A DNA stretch of 63,943 bases, counting the filler, from Squatina squatina (lineage: Eukaryota): NCBI GenBank assembly GCA_031763465.1. It is 4 parts of 4 records of this genome, joined end to end, with 100 filler letters (N's around TTAATTAATTAA, not from the genome) between each part and the next. Parts side by side here need not be neighbours in the genome. Positions count along the whole stretch, not along the records: positions 1 to 19,274 come from JARFOE010000016.1; positions 19,375 to 33,553 come from JARFOE010000168.1; 2 more parts are not named here. One strand, given 5' to 3'. The notes under the pieces were generated by a model. That model saw nothing but the letters and a program-made list of their open reading frames with translations. It did not search any database and was not told the origin of the DNA. Of this stretch, positions 14,061 through 27,087 are shown piece after piece. Both the position numbers and the translations under genes were made by a program. Positions within the stretch are counted from its first letter, which is position 1, and every line of letters begins with the position of its first letter.

Positions 14061-16933
14061 GTAAGGAAATATTTTTTTCTACTTGTGTGATGTGGTAAGG
14101 GACATGAATAAGTTGATACCTATTGCTGCTCTTGGGCTGTGGATTTTGATTCCGCTTAGTCCCTTTTTTTATTGTATCTGTCAATTTTTATCCTGTCCTC
14201 CTCTCTTCTCATGAAGTCATCGACTCTTTGCTGGGGTACGGTACCATGGACACTTTCGTATAGGCACTTAGCCTTCTGGACTCAACATAGAGTTCAACAA
14301 TTTCAAACCATAACCTCAGCTCCTTTTCGTTTTTTATTTATTTAGTTAAGTTCTGGGTTTTGTTTCCCCCATGGCAGTTGTTGATTCCCAACTAAACGCA
14401 TCTTTTATTTCTTATCTTGCCCATCATTATNNNNNNNNNNNNNNNNNNNNNNNNNNNNNNNNNNNNNNNNNNNNNNNNNNNNNNNNNNNNNNNNNNNNNN
14501 NNNNNNNNNNNNNNNNNNNNNNNNNNNNNNGAACCACGTTCCCAGTTCTTCCTGATCCCAGAACCTCCTGCAATGCTCCCACAATATGAGACTACCCTCC
14601 CCAATGCTCACGGATTAAAGGACCTGCTCCAATATTCTTGGACCTTCCTTCTCCAGTGCTATGGGAATCCTGGGAGTTCCTGCAGTGCTCTTCGGCCCTG
14701 AGGCTGATTCCAGCACTGCCAATTTCTGAGCCTCCTTCCAAGTGTTCCCAGATCCCAGGGCTAACCCCAATGTAAATAAATTATTTCCGTAGTAGAACTG
14801 CTTGGCATAAAATCTCTGTTCTTAGAAAATCGCAAAATCGCCAACTCGCCATGAGCCACTGGAACTCTGCTAAAGCATAGTTATAATTAGTACCCTTTAG
14901 TTCATGTATCACTAATAGTATTTGGTAAGTGAAAGTTTTTTTTTCTAATTTCTTTGGTAAATGGCAAGTAACCATTTAACATTGTATATACGGTGCAGCC
15001 TCAATTATATGTGTACTTGAGTATCTATGATCATTTTCACAGATAATGGAAGACCTGTGGGAGCTGGGGCTGCCTGAATTTTCTCTTGCTTTTACTTACC
15101 TTTTGTGTTCTGCTTCTGCTGGCAAGATCAGCTGGGGCTGGAAGGACTATTCTTTTCAAATTGATTGAACTATTTTTGAGCTAATCAAAGATTTGAAAAT
15201 ATGAGTGTAAGTAGTGCCAAATAGAAGAACTTGCTTTGCTCCCCTAAGCACCTGATCAGTGCACTTCTCTCATTAATCCCCAGGAATCTGAGCCAGCTGC
15301 TACCACTGCTATCTGATCCCTTGTACAAGTTGTTCTTGCCTGCCGTCTCTTTTCAAATCTGTTATGCACTTGTAAATAACTTGGTGAAAGATTTGAAAAG
15401 GAATTGTGTGCAAGAGGCTCCTCCATTACCCACACCAGTGTAGTTCTCACACTTGGTCCCCTATGCAGCAGTCTGCCAGATCACCTGACTCTTGTGAAAA
15501 TAGTCCTGGGTAATGTGATGATTTGAGATTCCTTCTNNNNNNNNNNGGAAATTCATTGCAAAAATACAGATGGTTGAGGAGAAAAAACAGACACAATCAC
15601 AGTATGGCTATCTTCCTGCCACTCCATCAGTAGCTACACTATCGATAGTATTAACTCCATGTGTATTAATGGCACATGAATATGATGGACTACTAACTTT
15701 GTTTAAAAGTTGAGCCAATGGGTAAAAGCTTTTATGTTACAGTTTTATTTGGATAATATCATTTTTGTGTTTGCATTGAATCATAGTATGTAGGTTGTAA
15801 TCTATAGAAGTATTTCATGTTCTAAAAGAATTCTTCGCAATTACATCACACACTCATTAAAATTCCGCAAAGGTGTTTGGTGAGCATGTCCTGATTCACT
15901 GCTCAAGTCTACAGCATGTAACAAAGATTAATAGACAAGAAGGATATTAAAAGAACTATTGAACAAAGTGGAAAAGTGCCTCGTGTGACTGACTCATTGT
16001 CACGATCTGGCCAGAGGCATTTAATTATTCCTCAATACGGCAACCTATATGAAACATTTTAAAATTTAAACCATAAACCATTATTTTTTGAAATTGGAAA
16101 CGTGAACTTCGCAAGTGTGTTTCCGGATTGAAGTTTGATTTCTGTGTCTGAATTCAAGGAGTTATCTTCCAGTTTACCTCCGCTATGCGCNNNNNNNNNN
16201 NNNNNNNNNNNNNNNNNNNNNNNNNNNNNNNNNNNNNNNNNNNNNNNNNNNNNNNNNNNNNNNNNNNNNNNNNNNNNNNNNNNNNNNNNNNNNNNNNNNN
16301 NNNNNNNNNNNNNNNNNNNNNNNNNNNNNNNNNNNNNNNNNNNNNNNNNNNNNNNNNNNNNNNNNNNNNNNNNNNNNNNNNNNNNNNNNNNNNNNNNNNN
16401 NNNNNNNNNNNNNNNNNNNNNNNNNNNNNNNNNNNNNNNNNNNNNNNNNNNNNNNNNNNNNNNNNNNNNNNNNNNNNNNNNNNNNNNNNNNNNNNNNNNN
16501 NNNNNNNNNNNNNNNNNNNNNNNNNNNNNNNNNNNNNNNNNNNNNNNNNNNNNNNNNNNNNNNNNNNNNNNNNNNNNNNNNNNNNNNNNNNNNNNNNNNN
16601 NNNNNNNNNNNNNNNNNNNNNNNNNNNNNNNNNNNNNNNNNNNNNNNNNNNNNNNNNNNNNNNNNNNNNNNNNNNNNNNNNNNNNNNNNNNNNNNNNNNN
16701 NNNNNNNNNNNNNNNNNNNNNNNNNNNNNNNNNNNNNNNNNNNNNNNNNNNNNNNNNNNNNNNNNNNNNNNNNNNNNNNNNNNNNNNNNNNNNNNNNNNN
16801 NNNNNNNNNNNNNNNNNNNNNNNNNNNNNNNNNNNNNNNNNNNNNNNNNNNNNNNNNNNNNNNNNNNNNNNNNNNNNNNNNNNNNNNNNNNNNNNNNNNN
16901 NNNNNNNNNNNNNNNNNNNNNNNNNNNNNNNNN

Positions 16934-17099
16934 CAGTGTTAAAAGCTCACACAGGAACCATACGAAGTGTTCAGTTCTCTCGTGATGGCCAATCATTGGT
17001 TACAGCATCTGATGACAAAACCATCAAAGTTTGGACAGTTCATCGGCAGAAGTTTCTTTTTTCTCTGAGCCAGCACATAAATTGGGTTCGCTGTGCCAA
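16934..17099 (+). CDS. POC1A: POC1A WD40 exon (5' end in gap)
   Basis: [55 protein letters not shown]|gtaagt. Confidence 0.93.
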
Positions 17100-17444
17100 G
17101 TAAGTACTTAAATGGTAGTAATCAAACTGTTCTAGAGGGGAGGTGGGAAATGGTCAGGTTGGTATTCCACTACATGGTGCACATCTTTTGATGCGTAGGT
17201 TAGTTTTTGTGTGACTACTGACATTTTAACGTAGTTCTATAACGTTGAAACATGTATTTTAAAGCAATTTGACAGAAATTCTGTCCTCTGTACCAATGCT
17301 CCTAGTGAGGGTGGGGTGATCTGAGTTTTACTTCACTTCAGTAATACTCCCAATGATGATATACATTTTAATAATGTGGAAAGTTATCCTCCCTGTTTAG
17401 TTTCTTCTGTTTTTCTGCATGTTGCAAATTTCTTCTCTTCCCTT

Positions 17445-17594
17445 TGCAGGAGGAGCAGGGCAACTTGACAGTAACTTCCTGATTTCCACATTTAACTGCA
17501 TATGTGTGATCGCCAGAAGTTGCTGTTTGATTTACTCTTTAATAATGGTGAGCGCTGATGGCCTCACCGTTATTATAACCACAAAATCCGGGCC
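17445..17594. repeat. Dispersed repeat (terminus of a non-autonomous DNA transposon-like element)
   Basis: Aligns by eye with 32925-33071; both end in aaa(t)tccgggcc. Confidence 0.7.
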
Positions 17595-17722
17595 AATATG
17601 TCTGAGGGAGGTTTATTTTTGTAATTTCAGTCTGCACCTCTATTCAGATTTAGCACTGGTTAGGAATTAGGTCCTTCCTCATTTTTTATAACTTAACTGT
17701 ATTTTTTGTTTCTAAATTCTAG

Positions 17723-17830
17723 ATTTTCTCCCGATGGACGGCTCATTGTTTCAGCCAGTGATGATAAAACTATTAAAATTTGGGATAAAACTACGAGAGA
17801 ATGTATACATTCATTTTATGAACATGGAGG
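17723..17830 (+). CDS. POC1A: POC1A WD40 exon (not in ORF track)
   Basis: ttctag|...|gtgaga, 108 bp; [36 protein letters not shown]. Confidence 0.93.
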
Positions 17831-18062
17831 GTGAGATTTTTAATGACACATGTTTGCAAATAATAAATATTTGGTGTATTGAATGTTGAATAATTGCTAC
17901 CTCGTATTGCGTGCACCGTCGCACAGTGCAGTGGAGTGGTGTGATGTAGGTTTGCACCCATGATTTCTCTCATTGATGAATTAGTAATGGTGTTATAGGG
18001 AGCCTGGGCACTTCTCAGCAGGAGACAGGAAAGTCCGTCCTGAACAGTGCCTCTCCTACCAC

Positions 18063-18410
18063 ATCAAAATCATGAAGGGTTTTGATAAAGTAAACAAATA
18101 GGGAGAAACTGTTTACAGTGACAGAATGGTTGGGAACCAGAGGTTGGTGATTGGCAGAAGTAGCAGAGGCAACACAAGGAATTGCTTTTTTATAGTCAAT
18201 TGTGATCTGGAATACACTGCCTGAGAGGTTGGTGGAAGCAGATTCAATAGTAATGTTCAAAAGGGAATTTTATAAATACTTGAAAAGGGAAAAATTAGAG
18301 CTATGAGGAAAGAGCAGGGGAGTGGGACAAATTGGCTAGCTGTTTCAAAGTGCTGGCACAGGCAAGATGGACTGAATGGTCTCTTTCTGTGCTATAATCA
18401 TTATATGAAC
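18063..18410 (+). mobile_element. CR1 LINE 3' end fragment
   Basis: KIMKGFDKVN.EKLF... and WNTLPERLVEA motif followed by the CR1 3' UTR. Confidence 0.82.
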
Positions 18411-18482
18411 TGTTCTGTTTATTTGTACATTGAAAACGCACATTTCTTTTCTTTTAATGTGTTCTTTGTTTACTTTTTCAAG

Positions 18483-18715
18483 ATGTATGTTGTGCAGATG
18501 TCATGGAAGTAGCTAAAGAAGCCAGAAAAAGAAACCTGGGACCTCTGCACCCTTCCTTCAACCTGGTCAAAATAATGAGAAATGGACTTTTCAGGAATCT
18601 TCCAGAAAATGCACACCAGCTAGCCACGGGCAGACTCTGCATTTCTCTTACCCGGGTACCTGATGGTGAGAATGTGCTGGTGTCGGAGTTCAACTCCAAG
18701 GAAGAACTTATCCAG
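18483..18715 (+). CDS. Patatin-like phospholipase (PNPLA2/PNPLA3/ATGL-family) exon
   Basis: ttttcaag|...|gtaaga, 233 bp, phase 1/0; [35 protein letters not shown]...[29 protein letters not shown]; exact paralog not resolved. Confidence 0.9.
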
Positions 18716-19274
18716 GTAAGACTAGAAAACTCCTCTTAAGGGGTTGTTGTCCTTTACAGTGAGATACCTGCTTTATTTAGGCTGCTCGATTGAAAGTCAT
18801 CTCACTCTGTTGGGACTGTACAAGGGAAAGTTGCAGGAATGTAACTAAGGCAGATAGTCTGTGAATTGTTGAAGTCCTCAGCACAAGGGGGAAAATGGAT
18901 AGCTGAATGGTGACAAATTTTAAGTGTTCTTTTAGGTGTGAAAGTTTCTGGCACCTAACACATTGTTGGAAGTTGCGTTGGAACTCTGGTGAGCTGCTTT
19001 TGTTTTAAGGATGATTAGTTCTAATATAAACACATTTAACAACATTAAAAGTGCTTAAATGTATTTGAATGTCAATTTCATGTGGAAATTGTAATGTTCA
19101 AAAATGTTGTGGGGAACAAAAAGTAACTTTAAAAAAAAAAATCAGAATTTGAGTCTGTTCGACCATTCTGCTGATTGCTGTCTCATTGGTCGGGTGCCCT
19201 TCCTCACCCCAATGGCTGCCCATCGGAATGAGGATTGGTTGTGTCCAAATGGTCAACTCAAAGAATGCTGCACA

Positions 19275-19374
19275 NNNNNNNNNNNNNNNNNNNNNNNNNN
19301 NNNNNNNNNNNNNNNNNNTTAATTAATTAANNNNNNNNNNNNNNNNNNNNNNNNNNNNNNNNNNNNNNNNNNNN
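19275..19374. other. Artificial concatenation linker N-TTAATTAATTAA-N
   Basis: 100-bp N block with a six-frame stop linker at 19319-19330; gene neighbourhood changes across it. Confidence 0.95.
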
Positions 19375-19557
19375 TTCTTCATAAGAAAGTCCTGCCATCC
19401 CAGGGATCAATCTCGTGAACCTTCTCTGTACTCCCTCTATGGCAAGAATGTCTTTCCAAAGTCACCTTTTTCCTCCCAAACATGCCTCACTTACCAATTC
19501 ATGCCTTAAGTTGCTCTTCTACTGTATCCCAAGGGAAATCTAACTAGTTGGCATTTC

Positions 19558-20299
19558 CAAGGGGCCGAAATTCCATTTTTTTTTCAGCCCGTTAGTACCT
19601 CCAAGGGGTACTAAGGGGGCAATAAATGCATTTTTGCCAGGGCAGGGCGGCGATCTCACCTCCCGGGAAACTGGGAGACTGAGGAAGTGCAAGGGCCTTG
19701 GCACCACGCCCCCACAAATTTTGGCCTGGGTCATCAAAGGGCGCGCTGACCCCTTTGTGCACCGCGGCAACCCTTTTGCACTCCGCAGGGGAAATTACCC
19801 CGCGGGCCATGAGGATCGTTGCCGGCGATGGCACCGACAGCTTTGCAGGGAGTGAAGCCTTAAAGGGGAGGGTCTTTGCACCGCCAGCCGCCATGTTTTT
19901 CTGTCGGCTGACTCTTGGGTCAGCCAACCGATGGTGGCTCGCGCCTCAACCAGGCCGCCATCTGTTGGCTCGACATGCCAACTAGCGTGCCCGGTCTAAA
20001 GCATCCCTGGTGGCCAAGTGGTGCTGTTCTTTCAGAGCGGGGGCCCTCCCCTTTAACTGAAAGGACGGGGCCTTGTCTGACGTCAGCGCTCAGTGGATCA
20101 TCCATGGAGTGCTGGGTCCGAAGCTGCTTGCAAGCGCCCCATTACCACCCCGGAAGTGAGACGACAGAGCTCCGCCTCATTTCCGGAGCGGTAATGCCAA
20201 TATCGCGGGGGAGGTGGAACATCTGGGCCGGGCAATAAAAGTCCCTGCCCAGGAGTGTCACCGCCCCCGATTGGTGCGCAAGTCAATTTCCGCCCCTTG
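19558..20299. mobile_element. GC-rich non-autonomous DNA transposon with terminal inverted repeats
   Basis: caaggggccgaaatt ... aatttccgccccttg TIRs; interior similar to 27088-27705 and 34159-34560. Confidence 0.75.
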
Positions 20300-20497
20300 T
20301 TTTTCAAATGATTTTAATGAGTATGAATAAACATTCCAAACATCACTGTTGCTAACTATTTACATTTCAACAGATAAAGTCACGTTAAAAAAAAAAACTA
20401 TGGCCTATTAAGTTTGATTAAATCTCATCAGTTCAATTTTTAATTTTAATATCGCTTACACTTTTACAGAAATTACTCATAGTTTAAGGATACTTAC

Positions 20498-20746
20498 TGA
20501 GCCAGTGAGCAGCTCCAAGCCTGTGAAAGTGAGATTGTTGGTACCGAGAGCAAAGAATTGTGGGATGGCAATGAAGCTGAAGTTAATCAGGAAGGAGAAG
20601 ATGTTGAACATAAGCAGCCATTTGAGGAAGGTGAAATAGGAAAGAACACTTGTTCCAAACTTGCCACCAATGATTTTCAGGGATCTTTGCCAGGGGTGAA
20701 CTGATTGGAAACATATAAACATATTCTCACGAAAGCGTCGAAGGGA
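20498..20746 (-). CDS. TMC5: Transmembrane channel-like 5 exon
   Basis: ttcag|...|gtaagt on minus, 249 bp; PWQRSLKIIGGKFGTSVLSYFTFLKWLLMFNIFSFLINFSFIAIPQF...FTGLELLTGS. Confidence 0.88.
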
Positions 20747-21991
20747 CTGAAAGAGAACGAGAAAAAGAAACATATTTGCATGTAAAATGACACTCCTTTT
20801 GTGAGTTTTTTGATAATCCTATACTGAAAGAGGTCCATTATAAAAGCACTTTTCTCTCGTTTTGAATTTCTTTATTCCAGTCTATATATTTGAATTATTT
20901 TGATTTTGCAATTTGAGAGATTTTATGACAAGATCCTTTACGGTAAGTTGATAAACATTTTTTGCCTTGTCCTCTATAATTTTTTGGCTTTTACCTGTAT
21001 TTCCTGAACTGAAGTTGGCTAATTCGTAACGTTTCTATAATGTTAACATTAAGACAGTGGATCTGAAACTAGGCTGGTAATTTGAGGTGTTAAGCTATAA
21101 GCAAAAACAGTTTTCACTCAATGTTGCTATCTAGCTACTCTGGTTTAATTGAATTGTTGTTTCTCTACAGTTTGTAGGGTGGGTCCAACTTGGAGCCATT
21201 GATTTCAAAGAAAATGAAAATCGAGCACAGGAAATGGTCAGATATCACGGTGAAAACTGTCTACTTTCATTCATGTATTTTGCACAAAATCAGCTTTTTT
21301 GGATTGCAGCTGTGCTTTCTCGCGATAGAGTGCTCTTCAATCTAGTAAAGAAAGGAAAATGCATGTTGTTACATGTGCAATATTACAGGAGCCAGTATAC
21401 ACAGCAAGAGTTCTCTATTACTATTCTCAGATCATGCCATTATTTAACCCATCATGCCCTGTCTCTCCAATGCACAGCACACTGGAGCTCTAAAGAAATA
21501 TCTGCCCCTGTGAGGCCGAATAAAAGACTTGTAATAACAATACAGAATGGATGGAGATCTGCTGAAATAATAGAAAGAATGAGATCCTAAACAATCATTA
21601 TTCTGCTATTATTAATTACACTTGTGCAGAACCAAGAGAAAGATTATAAGGGAATAAAGAAAACACAAAGTGAAGGCGTAAATCAGTTAGATAGCATTTG
21701 CAATCATCATATACTTAATTCTTGAGAATATAAACAAAAAATTCTGGAAAAACTCAGCAGGTCAGGCAGCATCTGCGGAGNNNNNNNNNNNNNNNNNNNN
21801 NNNNNNNNNNNNNNNNNNNNNNNNNNNNNNNNNNNNNNNNNNNNNNNNNNNNNNNNNNNNNNNNNNNNNNNNNNNNNNNNAGCATTCCTACTAATACACG
21901 TGATCATTCAATTTTATTTTGAGACCATCGAATAATGCATTTTAACAAAGGGATGCACTGTATTATAATGTATTTTTTTTTTGTTTTTCAG

Positions 21992-22175
21992 GTTAGTTGT
22001 AACCTATTGCTCTGGTCCACCTTTCAAGTGGTTGGGTCAACAGCAGTTTGGTGTTCCTCAAAATGTATTAGAAATTGTATATGGTCAGACTATCTGTTGG
22101 ATAGGAACATTTTATTCACCATTGCTCCCTGGAATAGCAACCATCAAATACATCCTCATATTTTATATCAAAAAG
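21992..22175 (+). CDS. TMC7: Transmembrane channel-like 7 exon (TMC domain)
   Basis: ttttcag|...|gtaaat, 184 bp; LVVTYCS...[47 protein letters not shown]. Confidence 0.9.
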
Positions 22176-23269
22176 GTAAATTATTTTACAAAATAATTTT
22201 TTTTCCCCCAACAGTAAAAGCAACCAGATAATTGAATTAACTTTCTTGAATTTTTACTTAGTTACTCCTGACTAATTAATATTGTGATTGATCAGAAATG
22301 CCGCCATTAGATTAGCAATTGAAATATAGGTCAATTAGTTTTTCTGAGGTAGACTTAACTGAAATTTGAATTAGGGTTTCCACAATGGCCGAGAAAGTCT
22401 GTCCAGTTAGTAACTGAGCAATACAACAAAAACAGAAAATTGCCTTTATATAGCACCTTTAACATGCAGAATGTTCTATGGCATTTTACACAGTAGAGAA
22501 AAACACAAATAAGAGTAGATAAGGGAACAGATCGGGAAGGTCCCAGGTTTAATTCTCTGCTTGAGGTGAATTAGCTAATCTCAGTTTAGGTGGTGCTCCG
22601 GGTGCTACAATTTGCTTCCATACCCATGGGTTATGGAAAATAAATGTGATAAGCTCCCTGTCCTGAATGCTGTCCAGCAACCACTGTTGTAAGTGTGGAC
22701 ATTGGGTTTGGCTTTGATGGAATATCATGTCAGGGTTCAAGAAAGTAATGGTCGCTTGCACGAGGTATCAAAGGGTATCTGTGGTAAACAATCAGCACCA
22801 GAGGTGGGGTGGAAAATAAATGGGAAGGGTGTGGTTGTGGAATTACGACTAGTAAAAGCCAAATGTTTTCTGAACATTACAGATATCCTTGATGAACAAC
22901 TGTCGCCCTTCCACCAGACCTTTTCGGGCATCAAGTTCTAACTTTTTCTTCCTGGCAGTTCTGTTAATTGGGCTTCCATTAGCCTGTGCTCCCATCCTCT
23001 TCAGTATTGCAATGTGAGTATTGAATATTGTTATCCAATTGCCCTAGACTAAAAGACCCTTAGCCCATCATGAATGAGTTACTCGTCCAGGTGTACTCCT
23101 CCGCTGTGTGAAATTGCCAAGTTCATTCCTTTGTTAACAATTCTTACTATTTTGAAGTTAAAAAAAACAGTTTTCTCAGTTGCATCTATGCAGCCATGTC
23201 AATCACTCTTCTAGCATTCAATTCCTGGGAAATAGGAGTTCCTAACTTTGCGGGAAGTCTTGGTTTCTT

Positions 23270-23678
23270 CTTCCTACGCAGTCACTCGGGGTCGAGGATG
23301 ACTTGCTACCACTCTGGAGTTGTGGGTTCTGAGGTGGCTAAAAAGTCCGATACAGGATCCGCAAACTCTATCACAGATGGGGCGAGTGGATGGGATGCTT
23401 GTGTTTCTGCTCGCTCCTTCCGCTGCCTGTGCTTGGTCTCCATGTGCTCCCGCCAGAGAAACTCGAAGTGGTTGGTGCCTTCACGGATGCTTCTCCTGCA
23501 TTGCGAGTGGTCTTGGGCCATTAATTCCCATGAGTCGGTGGGGATGTTGCACTTTTCAATGAGGCTTTGAGGACATCCTTGAAGCGTTTTTTCTGCCCTC
23601 TTCGGAGACATTGCCATGACGGAGCTCGGAATATAGTGCTTGTTTCAGGAGTCTTGAATCAGGCATGCGGACGATGTG
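23270..23678 (-). mobile_element. RTE-clade LINE 3' fragment
   Basis: Minus strand reads KRFKDVLKA.../KCNIPTDSWELMAQDHSQCRRSIREG, typical of the RTE ORF C-terminus; frameshifted. Confidence 0.75.
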
Positions 23679-26600
23679 NNNNNNNNNNNNNNNNNNNNNN
23701 NNNNNNNNNNNNNNNNNNNNNNNNNNNNNNNNNNNNNNNNNNNNNNNNNNNNNNNNNNNNNNNNNNNNNNNNNNNNNNGTGTAAGTGAATTTTTAAAGGT
23801 GTGATAAGTCTTAATTATTATCAAACAACCTCCCCGGCACTGAAAATTTACTTTTGCAAGTGTGGAGACTCATTCCTTCAGATTTTAACTATTTAAAAAA
23901 GTAATTAAAATAAAACATTTTTGTAGTTTTTCTTTCTGTCTCTTTTATCCAGGCCGATATCCTTCTCCTTTGTAAGGGCAAGATCCTGAATCTCATCAAT
24001 GTAGGATTCAGCTGCTGTGAGTTCCCACCTGTTCACAGCATAATCCTCTTTGCTCAGTGACTTAAAATCACTTTGTATATTTTTCTCTTTTAAAAAAAAA
24101 AGCCATTAAGGAAAAAAATACAAAGAAACAGAGTACTCCTGCTCCTCTGCCAATTCTGTCATTTCAAATATTATAAGTTAACAGCGTTATTAACCAAGCA
24201 ACCATCCCCTACCCCTAGCAGCTTGACCCTCTTTATTATAGCACTGCATGTTATGATGATGAATGCAATAGACTCATTAGCACACAAGTTATCACATCAA
24301 ACCAAATATGGTTTGACAGAATGTCAGAACTACTGATGTAAAAACCTTTTAGTAATGATTTTCTTTTTTTAAGGTCCTCCCGAAAAAGTGTCTGTCAAGT
24401 CTAATTTGGGACGCTGCAAATCTTTATTTAAAATAAGAAATAATATTGTTCTGTTTTAGTCTATAAATATCTCCAAGAAATTACTTTAAACTTTAGAAGC
24501 TCTTCATATAACTCATTTGACATGTAAAAGGACACTGACCTCATTTTACTATATGCTGAGAATGACTAATCACTGGAAGAATCTCCAACAACAAAAAGTG
24601 TTGATAGCTCTGCTGAAATGTGGCATTGCTGTGAGCCGCTGCACGCTTATATCAACTATCGAATATCAGCAGGTTGCATTATTTAGGAATGATACACCAG
24701 TCTGTGCAAGCTGTCAAAGAACATTTAACAGTCTGATGTATGAACAAGTTACTGTTTGTTCTTTGTAAGAGGTGGCCACACATTCTACACTTGGCTAATT
24801 TAAGCCATCAGGTATCAAAAAAAACAATACTTCAAAAGGTGAAACTATTTTATGCAATTGCTTCTGCAACAAGTGTATTTAATCTGAAATCAACTTAAAG
24901 GCTAGATACATTGTTAATGTTATTTTACGTTTTAATAAGACCATTTTGAAACAATTAATTTCAATTAGACTGTAGGGGAGCACTGCATATTCAACATTCA
25001 CTTCTGGTTGTTAAGGTCACATGTACCATCACAAGTACAAAAGAAACGAGAAAACCCTGAGATTTAACGTTATATTTTCTAGATGGAAGTGGTTCCCAAA
25101 CTGTTTTGGCAGAGCACCTCTTTGGAGATTCATATCCCACGTGTGTCTCTCCTTCCTCTTCCTAAGATACAATAGCCCTGAAATTACGGTGTCTTCGATG
25201 GCGTATGCTCAGCATATGCAGTCATAATCCTCTGAAAAGCCCTGCAACTTCCAGGTTTCCACGTGCGTTTGCATAAGCACAAAAACCCGGAACCTGCGAT
25301 CTGCCCATGCTTCGCTGGTCTTAGTTTGGCAGAAAGGTGCTGGAAACCCTGTCCACCCGTCTAAATCTGTGGACTCCTCTGGTCAGTGAGTTCTCATGAT
25401 ATAANNNNNNNNNNNNNNNNNNNNNNNNNNNNNNNNNNNNNNNNNNNNNNNNNNNNNNNNNNNNNNNNNNNNNNNNNNNNNNNNNNNNNNNNNNNNNNNN
25501 NNNNGAATGGACCGAATGGTGTACTCCTGCTCCTGCTCCTATTTCTTATGTTTTTATGAAGGAAAGTGCACATTGCTTAGCAAATCCTCACACTGGCAAT
25601 CAAATTCAGGATAATGGGGACACGAGACTAGTTTAACACATTATTGACTGAAGATGTTCCTGTCTTTACAATAGAGATAACCATATGGCTCAGAACAAAA
25701 TCGTAAAATTCCCATTTGCTTTGCTATTATTGAAGATGGTTTCTGTAAAACGGGTATCATAAGCTGCATACTTCTCCAACGCAAAGCTTACCTGACTGAC
25801 TAACTTGGGTAAAGGCTGGATATGTTGGGTAAATTATCCGTTCAGATTGGCAAGAAGCCAGTAGCACAGTGGACTAGAGTAGATGATTACCACAGGCAAC
25901 ACACAGCTACTAATAGGACTTTTGAGAATAACTCCTCACATAATTCACCAAATGACTGCTTGCTTGGGCAATATCTATGCAAGACCAGTATCTCCGACTG
26001 ATCTTGGAATGTTGTCCTTAGTTAATCTCCCTGGAGCAATGTACCATGCCTCTAGTAATATTCCTCCTTTCTTTTTTGCAGACTTTTGGAAGAAAAATGC
26101 CGTTCTCCATTTGACAAAGTGTATATTATGAATACATGTACCTTCAGATGGTTTTCGAGTAAGTTAAATGGTTGTAATCCATTTACACACTTGTGTGATT
26201 TGTTCAAATTATATATTCTGAAAACTGCACATAGGAGAAGATGTAACCCATTTGTGGGATAACAGCTTCGATTTTGTGAGAAAAGTGGAAAAGATAATGT
26301 AACTGNNNNNNNNNNCCCAGTTGAATTGTTAAATGAACAAAATCATTTTTGTAGCTTTTTGATTTTTTTTGAAAGGAGTTTTGACAATGAAACTCATTCT
26401 ACAAAAAAAAAATCACTGTGTGAAATTGAAAATGCAAATCAAAGACTACTTACAGTGGCAACTATTACTTTAGATGCTGAGGAAATTAATCGAAGTACTT
26501 CACTCCTTGAGATACGAGGGGGTGGAACTTGACGCAAAACTTTGGGGAAATGGTGAATCCGGTTCCTGAATTCACCAAAATAATAAAGTACAATACTTGC

Positions 26601-27087
26601 GGTTAACATTACACTAATATGAAAATAAAATCTTCTAACTCACAAAAGCCTATAAAATAAAGGAAAATAGACTTACTCAACATGGGCAAATGCCAAAAAT
26701 TTGTTATATTATTTGACTGTCTTAATGTTGCATGATTTTAATGTTGTTGATCCATATGAAGTTATCCCACTATTAATGTTGCCAAACTTTTAATTATTTA
26801 GATAATTAATTACTGCTCAATGACAAAATATATGAACCAACTTAAAGTCCAATGCATTTAATCTCCTCTGTATATTTTTTAATGCACTGGTTAACATGTT
26901 TTCATTAACATGCCGTCTGTATTATTTTAATGCATGATTTTTTTTTAGATGTGTTAACAAGTGCATTTGCACAACTGAGACAGAAAGTTTATGCAAAGGC
27001 ATTTTGTGCTAAAAAGTCACTCTGTGCTACAAACAATGCACAAGAGGGAATGAAACCTTTAGCTAACTAATTTGATGGTAAGTACCA

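Noticed and set aside
19540-20307. Stack of overlapping GC-rich ORFs (also 27158-27682, 34131-34801, 12599-12944)
   Set aside because: They fall inside dispersed TIR repeats, and high GC explains the lack of stops
21171-21236. Candidate exon FVGWVQLGAIDFKENENRAQEM
   Set aside because: Weak donor (gtcaga) and no match to TMC7/TMC5 that I can recognise
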